This document shows, piece by piece, positions 14,877-21,259 of a stretch of 21,259 bases of DNA; positions within the stretch are counted from its first letter, which is position 1; each line of letters begins with the position of its first letter. Under the pieces are notes generated by a model. That model was not told the DNA's origin. It was given only the letters and a program-made list of their open reading frames with translations, and did no database searches. This stretch comes from Candidatus Micrarchaeota archaeon (GTDB lineage: Archaea; B1Sed10-29). The stretch covers positions 1 to 21,259 of the forward strand of contig CAZOFO010000011.1 of assembly GCA_964579265.1 (NCBI GenBank). The letters run 5' to 3'. The translations under genes and the position numbers were made by a program.

Positions 14877-15173
14877 TTAAGCTTCTTCTTTCAGTTCTTC
14901 CGCTTTTTCTTCTGCTTTTTCTTTTCTTTTCACTATTCTTCTTGCTTCTAGTCCGCTTGGTGTGTTTGGTTTGTATGCTCCTCCTGCTACTTTTGTTTTA
15001 CATTTGGTGCATTTCCATATTCCGTATTCTTCTCTTTTTAGACTTCTTCTGTTGCATTGTGGGCATACTTGTTTCTTTCTCTGTGTTTCTTCTATTTCTT
15101 TTACTTTTTTCTTTAGTGAGGAGCTGTATCTTGGTCCGTATCTTGATGCTGCTCCTAGTTTTGTTTTTGTCAT
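14877..15173 (-). CDS. rpl37ae: 50S ribosomal protein L37Ae (eL43)
   Basis: GAASRYGPRY, CPQC, GIWKCTKC, AGGAYKP. Confidence 0.97.
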   Translation of the reverse strand: MTKTKLGAASRYGPRYSSSLKKKVKEIEETQRKKQVCPQCNRRSLKREEYGIWKCTKCKTKVAGGAYKPNTPSGLEARRIVKRKEKAEEKAEELKEEA

Positions 15174-15194
15174 TTTCTTTCACCTATTTCGTTT

Positions 15195-15995
15195 TTAAGA
15201 GTGTTCTAGTATTTTTTCTCTTGTTTCAGGTGCTTTCTTTACGGCTTTTCCTATTATATTGTTTATCTCTTCTCTTTTAAATGCTCCTTTTCCTCCTTTT
15301 TGAGAGGCGCAGATATTGTCTTCTTCGTTGACGTATACTGTTAGTCTTGCATCTTGGGATTTTTCTTCGTGTAGTTGTGGATCCAGTACTATCTCGTCTC
15401 CTATTTTGGCGTATGTCTTTGCTACTGGTGTGTCGTTGGTTGGTAGTTTTCCTTGTGTTTCTTCTCTGTTTATCTTTTCTTCTTCTTCGTCGTATACAGG
15501 TAGTTCCGCGTTTTTTAGAGCATTTACTGCTGCTATTGCTGCAGCGTCTATTAGATTGCCGTCGTGGTCGAGTGGGAAGATATCTATGAATACTGTCCAG
15601 ACTTTTTCTCCTGGTTCTATGCATAGTTTTTCTGTGTCTATCATTCCGCTTTCTCTTATTCCTCTGTCTACTACTCTGGCGATTTCTACTGTTTCTTCTC
15701 TTGGTGGTCCTGTTTCAAATCCTGGTGATGCTACTGGTGATAGCTCTATATTTGTCATTAGTACTCCTTCTTCTGGTGTGTCTGGGAAAGGACTTCCTAT
15801 TCCTGTTTTTACTCCTGCTATTACTCTTGTGTCTCCTAGTTTTACCATGGAGCTTCCTTCTGCTCTTCCTATATAGTTTGGTTCTATTTCTATTTCTCTT
15901 TCTTCGTTTTTTTCTCTTCCGTCTATTCTTTTTCCTTCTTTCAGTTCTCTTGTTACTCTATCTTTTTTTACGTCCCATATTAATTCGTCTGTCAT
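15195..15995 (-). CDS. rrp42: Exosome complex component Rrp42
   Basis: GKRIDGR, AEGSS.VKLGDT, PFPDTPEEG, FETGPP, ARVVDRGIRES, DHDGNLIDA. Confidence 0.96.
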   Translation of the reverse strand: MTDELIWDVKKDRVTRELKEGKRIDGREKNEEREIEIEPNYIGRAEGSSMVKLGDTRVIAGVKTGIGSPFPDTPEEGVLMTNIELSPVASPGFETGPPREETVEIARVVDRGIRESGMIDTEKLCIEPGEKVWTVFIDIFPLDHDGNLIDAAAIAAVNALKNAELPVYDEEEEKINREETQGKLPTNDTPVAKTYAKIGDEIVLDPQLHEEKSQDARLTVYVNEEDNICASQKGGKGAFKREEINNIIGKAVKKAPETREKILEHS

Positions 15996-16747
15996 TGTTT
16001 ATCCTCCTTTGCTTTGCCTGTTTGGTCTTTTTCTATGTGTTTGTACTTGTCTTTTAGAGCATTTTTTTGTTCTTCGTATACTTTCATGCAGCCTTCTATT
16101 GCTAGGTCAAGTGCTTCTTCGTACTCTTCGGTTGTAAGGTCTCCGTCCATCTGCATTAGTGTTACTTCATCGCTGTGTGGTAGGTAGGCTACAGGTAGGT
16201 CCGCTTGACCCATTTGGTCTTCGTCTTGGTCGAGGTCTAGCACTATTTTTCCTTCGATTTTTCCTGCTGCGCATGCTGTTACTAGGTCCCTCATTGGTAT
16301 TCCTGCGTCTGCTATTGCTACTGATGCTGCTGATAGTGCTGCTACTCTTGTTCCTGCTGCTGCTTCTAGCACGGTTGTGTAGATGTCTATTGTTGTTTTT
16401 GGGAAGTATTCCGTGAATACTACTTTTTCCAGTGCTTCAGATGATACTTTGCTTATTTCTTTGTCTCTTCTTCCTGGTGCAGGGTTTGATCTTTCATCTA
16501 CTGAGAATGGTGCTAGTTTGTATTTGTATTTTATTCTTGCTTTGTATGGGCTTCTTTCATGTCTTGGATAACAGGTTCTTGGCCCGTGTACTGATGCTGC
16601 TATTTTGTTGCCTCCCCATTCTAGGTAGGCTGATCCGTCTGCTCTTTTTGTGTAACCTGCTTTGATTTTTATAGGTCTCATTTCTTTTGGTTTTCTTCCG
16701 TCGAGTCTTTTTCCGTCTTTCATTAGTTTTTTGGTCTTTTTTACCAT
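15992..16747 (-). CDS. rrp41: Exosome complex exonuclease Rrp41
   Basis: RLDGR..EMRPI, ADGSAYLEWG.NK, HGPR, APFSV.ER, RR..EISKV, GTR, DL...ED..GQADLP, QMDG. Confidence 0.96.
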   Translation of the reverse strand: MVKKTKKLMKDGKRLDGRKPKEMRPIKIKAGYTKRADGSAYLEWGGNKIAASVHGPRTCYPRHERSPYKARIKYKYKLAPFSVDERSNPAPGRRDKEISKVSSEALEKVVFTEYFPKTTIDIYTTVLEAAAGTRVAALSAASVAIADAGIPMRDLVTACAAGKIEGKIVLDLDQDEDQMGQADLPVAYLPHSDEVTLMQMDGDLTTEEYEEALDLAIEGCMKVYEEQKNALKDKYKHIEKDQTGKAKEDKQ

Positions 16748-16798
16748 TTTATCGTTCCTCCTTGTTTTCTTTTGGAATAATATTTTTTATTTTCTTTT

Positions 16799-17404
16799 TT
16801 ATTCTTCTAGGTATTCTTTTATCTTTTCGGTTAGCCCTGTTTCGTGGGCTTGGTTCTCTATTTTTCGTATGGCTTCTTCTGCTTTTTCTGGGTTTCCTCC
16901 TTTTATCCATACTCTTCCGTTGGATCCTACGAATATTTTGGATTCTGTTTTTTCTTTGATTATTTTTATCATTGATGCGTTTTTTCCTATTACTCTTTCA
17001 GTTACTGCTGGATTTATTTCTAGTATTGTTCCTCCGTAGAATTTTCTGGAGTTTTCTATGTTGGTGTCTTTTACTTCGTCTACTTGTTGTACTTCTGCGC
17101 TTATCAGGTCTTTTAGTTCGTATTCTTCGTCTGCTTCTTCTTTTTGTAGGAATGCTTCGTAGGGTGAGTTTATGTCGACTATGTATCCTCCGTATTTTAC
17201 TGATGTTACTACTCCTATTACTTTGTCTCTTTCTTGTGGTATGTACTTTGTTTTCATTGGTATTATTTTTCCTTTGTTATCGTTTTTGTATAGCATTCCG
17301 TATGTTTTTGAGTATTTTTCTTTTTTTCCGTCTTTTTTTTCTTTGTAGGTTTGGCCATTTGCTTTTTCTTTTATTTTTTGTCCTGGTATAACTATTTTTT
17401 TCAT
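16799..17404 (-). CDS. rrp4: Exosome complex RNA-binding protein Rrp4
   Basis: IVIPG, YIP...DKVIG.V, VDINSPY.A.L (S1), RVIGKNASMI and GSNGRVWI (KH), AHETGLTEKI. Confidence 0.95.
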   Translation of the reverse strand: MKKIVIPGQKIKEKANGQTYKEKKDGKKEKYSKTYGMLYKNDNKGKIIPMKTKYIPQERDKVIGVVTSVKYGGYIVDINSPYEAFLQKEEADEEYELKDLISAEVQQVDEVKDTNIENSRKFYGGTILEINPAVTERVIGKNASMIKIIKEKTESKIFVGSNGRVWIKGGNPEKAEEAIRKIENQAHETGLTEKIKEYLEE

Positions 17405-17517
17405 TTTATCATGCCTCTTTGTTCTTTTTTTAGGATAAAGTTTATTTCGTTTTCGTTGTTTGTTTCTTGGGTTTAGTGTTGTATTTTAATCGTCTTTCTT
17501 TTAGAAGAGAGATTTTT

Positions 17518-18216
17518 TTATTGGTCTTGCATTATTTTTATTTCGTTTTCTCCGTGTGTTATTTTGTTTACTTTGTCGTATAGTTCGTCTTTGAATCCTG
17601 CTGGGATTTTTATTACTGCTATGTATGATCCGTCGTTTTTCCATTCTTCTTTTTTTATTTTGTATGAATGTAATGTGTTGCTTGCTTTTGCTGCATGTTC
17701 TGGTGGTATTTTGACTGCTATTTTGAGTTTTTCTATGCTTATGGGTATTTGTGTTGATATTTTGTCTATTACTTCTTCGGCTTGTTCTTTTACTCCTCTG
17801 AATGGATCGAAGTGATGTCCTTCTTCTTTTATTGCTTTTTTTATTCTTTCTCTTGTGTGTGGTTGGTTTGTTTGTGGATTCATTGCGTTTCTTTTTATCC
17901 AGTCTATTACTTGTTTTTTCTTTTTTTCTCTCATCTCTCTTTTTTGTTCGGTTGTTAGCTGTATTTCTCCTTTTTTGATTATCTTGTTCACTATTTCCTC
18001 GAAGTCCGTTGTTCCGAATGCTTTGTTCAGTTCTTTGTCGGGTGCTTTTTTTCCTTTTTCTGCATCGTGGTATACGTCTCTGGTTGCTACTACGTCTTCT
18101 ATATCCACATCTTTTCCTTGTTTTAGATCTCTTGACGTGTATGGATCAACGTATATTTCGTATTCTTCTCCTTCTTTTTTTATTCTAGCTATTACAGCGT
18201 CTTCGAGTGATATCAT
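17518..18216 (-). CDS. Ribosome maturation protein SBDS/Sdo1
   Basis: MISLEDAVIAR, AFGTTDF, KGEIQLTTEQKR, NPQT.QPH...RI, EEWKNDGS, IPAG. Confidence 0.96.
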   Translation of the reverse strand: MISLEDAVIARIKKEGEEYEIYVDPYTSRDLKQGKDVDIEDVVATRDVYHDAEKGKKAPDKELNKAFGTTDFEEIVNKIIKKGEIQLTTEQKREMREKKKKQVIDWIKRNAMNPQTNQPHTRERIKKAIKEEGHHFDPFRGVKEQAEEVIDKISTQIPISIEKLKIAVKIPPEHAAKASNTLHSYKIKKEEWKNDGSYIAVIKIPAGFKDELYDKVNKITHGENEIKIMQDQ

Positions 18217-18239
18217 TTTTCATCATTTTATTTGGGTTT

Positions 18240-18965
18240 TTATATATCTTCCACGTATTGTTCTAGTTCCTGGTCGCTTAGTTTTTCGAATTCTTGTTCT
18301 TCTTCGTCAACGTGTGCTAGTTCCGCTATCTTTGGGCTGAATTTTTTGTCTTCTTTTATTTTTTTGAGTGCTTTTATCACGAGTTTTACTGCTTCTTCTT
18401 TTTTCATTCCTTTTTTGTATTTTTTGTCGAGGAATTTGCTTATTTTTTCTTCTCCTTTTCCTATCGCTGTTGCTTTGTAGGATACGTATGCTCCCGATGG
18501 ATCTGTCCTGTATAAGTGTGATCCGTTTTGATCAGCTCCTGCTACTAGTAGTGAGACTCCGAATGGTCTGGTTCCTCCGTACTGTGTGTAGCTTTGTTTT
18601 AGGTCACATATTTCTTTTGTGAGCTGTACTACGTCTATTGGTTGGCTGTAGTTTAGTTTTTCTGTTTGTGCTGATATTCTCCCGTAGTCTATTAGTTTTC
18701 TTCCGTCCGCTACTAGTCCGCTCGTTGCTACTCCTATATGATTATCTATTTTGTGTATTTTTTCTATTGATTCTTCTTCCATTAGGTCGGATGCTATTCT
18801 TTTGTCTATTCCTAGTACTACTCCTGATTCGTATTTTACTCCTACTGCTGTTGCTCCTCTTTTTATTGCTTCTTTTGCGTATTCTACTTGGAATAGTCTT
18901 CCGTCTGGACTGAATATGGTTATTGCTCGGTCGTATGCTGCTGGGGATCCTGTTTTCATTGGCAT
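18240..18965 (-). CDS. psmA: Proteasome alpha subunit
   Basis: YDRAITIFSPDGRLFQVEYA, SGLVADGR, TQYGGTRPFGVSLL, TDPSG. Start moved to ATG 18965 (GAGGTG RBS). Confidence 0.97.
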   Translation of the reverse strand: MPMKTGSPAAYDRAITIFSPDGRLFQVEYAKEAIKRGATAVGVKYESGVVLGIDKRIASDLMEEESIEKIHKIDNHIGVATSGLVADGRKLIDYGRISAQTEKLNYSQPIDVVQLTKEICDLKQSYTQYGGTRPFGVSLLVAGADQNGSHLYRTDPSGAYVSYKATAIGKGEEKISKFLDKKYKKGMKKEEAVKLVIKALKKIKEDKKFSPKIAELAHVDEEEQEFEKLSDQELEQYVEDI

Positions 18966-19041
18966 TTCGTTACACCTCATTCTTGTTTTTTAATATAATT
19001 CTCTTGTAGAATTAATTGTATTTTCCTGTTTTTAAGAGATT

Positions 19042-19395
19042 TTAAGTGTTTTTTAGTTGTTTTCGAGCCTTTTTGAGTGTTCCATGTGTCTTTTCTGTTG
19101 ATATAAAGGCTTTTTTGTTTTTGATTTTTTGGATTAGGGTTAGTGTTGTTCTGACTTCTTGTTGTTTTTTATTGTTGGTTCTTAAAATACCTTTTTGTTT
19201 TTCCGGGTCAAAATCCATTAACCAGAACCCGGATTTTGCTATTTGTAGTGATCCGAGATTTTCGAACGCTGAGTCCCATAGTGCTTTTATTAGTTCTCCT
19301 CTGGTGAATTTTTGTTCTGACCGTATTTTGATCACTAGGTATCTTTTTTTGTCTTTTAGTGTTGATGGGAATGGTTTTTTATTCAGTTTGATCAC
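19042..19395 (-). CDS. rnp2: RNase P protein component 2 (Pop5/Rpp14)
   Basis: PSTLKDKKRYLV, GILR, VRTTLTLI, HGTLKKA; superoperon position. Confidence 0.9.
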   Translation of the reverse strand: MIKLNKKPFPSTLKDKKRYLVIKIRSEQKFTRGELIKALWDSAFENLGSLQIAKSGFWLMDFDPEKQKGILRTNNKKQQEVRTTLTLIQKIKNKKAFISTEKTHGTLKKARKQLKNT

Positions 19396-19930
19396 CTAGG
19401 ATTTTTTCAACGTTTTTTGATACTGTGTTTAGTGATTTTTCTTTTCTGTACCCTGCTATGTGGGCTATTGATGCCAGGTCTCTTGGTTTTCTCATTTCAA
19501 GCTTTTCTTCTGCGCCTGATGTTATTATGAAGTTGCAGTTTTTTCTTCTGAGTATTTTCCCGAGGTATTGTAGTGATCTGAAGTATTTTGCTTTGTCCAT
19601 TCCTCTGTATTCTAGGAGTTTTCTCAGTGTTATCCCTATTGCTACATTGTTTTCTCTTGCTACTTCTGCTATTGATATGTCCAGGGGTCTTTGGTCGGGT
19701 TCAACTGGGTTTAGGAGTACGTGTGCGTTTTTGGTTCTTACGATTTTTCTATTCCTTTTCAGATCTCCTCCTTCGAGTATATTGATTTTGTCTTTGTCCG
19801 TGTTATATCCTTTCTCTATGTGTTTCACGTCTTTTTCCGTGTTGTGTATCTTTTTGTATCCCAGTTCTTTTTCACCGTAGTCTATGCATTCTTTGTTTTT
19901 TGTAAGCAGGTCGTGGAATTTCCTGGTCAT
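19379..19930 (-). CDS. rnp3: RNase P protein component 3 (Rpp30)
   Basis: GGDLKRNR, ARENNVAIGI, IITSGA....MRKPRDL; superoperon position. Confidence 0.88.
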   Translation of the reverse strand: MTRKFHDLLTKNKECIDYGEKELGYKKIHNTEKDVKHIEKGYNTDKDKINILEGGDLKRNRKIVRTKNAHVLLNPVEPDQRPLDISIAEVARENNVAIGITLRKLLEYRGMDKAKYFRSLQYLGKILRRKNCNFIITSGAEEKLEMRKPRDLASIAHIAGYRKEKSLNTVSKNVEKILGDQTE

Positions 19931-19967
19931 TTTTCTCTTCCTCTCTTTATTTGCAATTTAGAGTATT

Positions 19968-20408
19968 TTATTCGGTTTTTATGAGTTTTTCAAGGTTTTT
20001 CTTTATTTTTTCTTTTCTGAATGGATAGGAAGCTATTTTTATCTTGATGTGTATTACGTCTCCTTTTTTTGAGAGTTTTAAGTTTCCTTGGTGTAGTTTT
20101 TGTTTGTCTAGTCTTATGTAGAATTCTCCTTCTTCTTCGTCAAGGTGGTTGTAGAGTTCTTCAGGTTTTTCTATTTCTCGGAAGATTTTTTTCATTAATT
20201 CTTTTACTTCGCTCCATCTTTCTGTTCTGTATTCGTGTTTTTTTATTGTTGCTCCTTCCTGTGATTCTAGTTCCTCGGTTTCTAGTCTTTCTTCGAGCGT
20301 TTCTTCGTCTAGTTCTAGAAGATTGTTTATTGCTTTTTTGACTTTAGAAGTGTCTTCTGCTGGGTACTGCAGTGTTCTTAGTTCTAGGTAGTGTGCTAGT
20401 TTTTCCAT
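19968..20408 (-). CDS. RNA-binding protein DUF54/UPF0201 (COG1325)
   Basis: EDTSKVKKAI.NL, FYIRLDKQ, GDVIHIKIKIASYP; sits between eL15 and Rpp30. Confidence 0.85.
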   Translation of the reverse strand: MEKLAHYLELRTLQYPAEDTSKVKKAINNLLELDEETLEERLETEELESQEGATIKKHEYRTERWSEVKELMKKIFREIEKPEELYNHLDEEEGEFYIRLDKQKLHQGNLKLSKKGDVIHIKIKIASYPFRKEKIKKNLEKLIKTE

Positions 20409-20444
20409 TGTTCTTCAGGGTTTTGGAAGATTTTTCAAGGGTTT

Positions 20445-20975
20445 TTATTCCTCTCTTCCTTTTCTTCCTGCTGAGGTTTTTCCTCTTTGTGCTCTGTTTT
20501 TCTGGTTCTTTCCTGTTACCCATTCTTTTTCGGGGTCGTTCTCGACGCTCGGGTGTTCTGGGTCCGCCATTATGACTTCGAAGAATTTGTGGTTTCCGTC
20601 TTCTCCTGCTAGGTAGGAGTTTATCACTACCATGTTCGGGTGTTTTTTGGATGCTTTTTCTTCTGCTTGTCTTTGGTGTGATTTTGCTCTTTTTAGTTTG
20701 TTTCTTCCCATTCTTTTTGGTCTTCTTCCTTTGCTTGGTCTTCTGTGTAGTCCTGATCCTTTTCTTTCTTTTACTCTTGCGACTGCGAATCCTTGTTTTG
20801 CTTTGTATCCTAGTTCTTTTGCTCTTACTGGATTGGTTGGTTTGTCTAGTTTTTTTACTGTTGGGTCTTTTCTCCATTTTTGGATTCTTTTTTTGTGTGC
20901 TTTTCTCAGTTCTTCGTCTTCTCCTTTTTTGGATTTTTCGAAGTTTTTTCTTATGTATTTGCTTGCTGTTGCCAT
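20445..20975 (-). CDS. rpl15e: 50S ribosomal protein L15e
   Basis: KPTNP.RAKELGYKAKQG, RPSKGRRPKRMG, AEEKA..KHPNM.V.NSY...EDG..KFFEVI.ADP, RGKTSAG. Start moved to ATG 20975 (AAGGTGA RBS). Confidence 0.97.
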   Translation of the reverse strand: MATASKYIRKNFEKSKKGEDEELRKAHKKRIQKWRKDPTVKKLDKPTNPVRAKELGYKAKQGFAVARVKERKGSGLHRRPSKGRRPKRMGRNKLKRAKSHQRQAEEKASKKHPNMVVINSYLAGEDGNHKFFEVIMADPEHPSVENDPEKEWVTGKNQKNRAQRGKTSAGRKGREE

Positions 20976-21090
20976 TTTGTTCACCTTTTTGGTTCTTTTT
21001 TATCAGTGTTGGTTGTTTTAGTTGGTTGATTTGCTTTAGAAGTATTTGTTTAAGTATTTGTGTGTATGTGGGTATTTGTGTGTTTCCTGG

Positions 21091-21107
21091 TTTTTAAAGG
21101 GATTTTG
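21091..21107 (-). promoter_or_regulatory. Candidate BRE/TATA of the eL15-exosome superoperon
   Basis: Minus strand CAAAATCCC-TTTAAAAA, about 115 nt upstream of the rpl15e start. Confidence 0.35.
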
Positions 21108-21167
21108 TTTTTTAAGATGGTTAGTAGGTAAGAAAAAATATTTTAGAGTCTTCCTTATAGAGATTCT

Positions 21168-21259
21168 TTATTCATATTTTTTTATGTAAAGTACTATTGC
21201 TCCGAGGAACAGCGCTGCTATTGAGGTTGTGTTTAGCCCTGGTGCTGCTGCTGGTGTTG
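21168..21259 (-). CDS. 3' end (partial) of a probable surface protein with a PGF-CTERM-like anchor
   Basis: Not in the ORF track. ...TPAAAPGLNTTSIAALFLGAIVLYIKKYE, stop at 21168-21170; PG-hydrophobic motif, TM helix, basic tail. Confidence 0.6.
   Translation of the reverse strand, partial: TPAAAPGLNTTSIAALFLGAIVLYIKKYE

Noticed and set aside
17405..17517. 113-nt gap between SBDS and rrp4
   Set aside because: Low-complexity skewed sequence with no credible ORF or stem.
20344..20877. 177-aa Lys/Arg-rich same-strand alternative-frame ORF over rpl15e (also 15277-15624 and 2526-2771)
   Set aside because: Off-frame reading of A-rich, T-poor coding sequence that rarely produces stop codons.
1..21259. 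CRISPR arrays, transposases, integrases, rRNA, tRNA and recognisable defence systems
   Set aside because: None seen in the ORFs or in the intergenic gaps.

Overview
Archaeal chromosomal segment: AT-rich, Lys/Glu-rich proteins, AGGTGA/GGAGG Shine-Dalgarno sites and BRE/TATA promoters. Gene content and motif variants are compatible with a DPANN-like lineage, but the taxon cannot be fixed from sequence alone. Left to right: (1) the 3' end of a protein-only RNase P (HARP) gene and a DUF2283 gene; (2) a minus-strand operon of M50-CBS protease, ribose-1,5-bisphosphate isomerase, YunC/DUF1805, AMP phosphorylase and Sua5/TsaC; (3) a plus-strand run with a two-zinc finger absent from the ORF track, Rnl3 RNA ligase, M29 aminopeptidase, PAP2 phosphatase and a membrane protein; (4) a candidate small RNA, a DUF5679 zinc ribbon absent from the track, pyrG, an orphan ORF and a COG1709 HTH regulator; (5) an orphan JAB/JAMM protein, a second candidate small RNA and two tandem PRC-barrel genes; (6) a trimmed archaeal exosome superoperon (eL15, DUF54, Rpp30, Pop5, proteasome alpha, SBDS, Rrp4/41/42, eL43, RpoP, prefoldin beta) and the C-terminus of a probable surface protein. 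Most interesting: YunC wedged inside an AMP-catabolism operon that sits between HARP and its usual RNA ligase partner; two promoter-bearing structured intergenic elements; and a strand skew that flips sharply in the middle of one gene. No rRNA, tRNA, CRISPR array or mobile element was seen. All family assignments come from motif recognition by eye, not from database searches.
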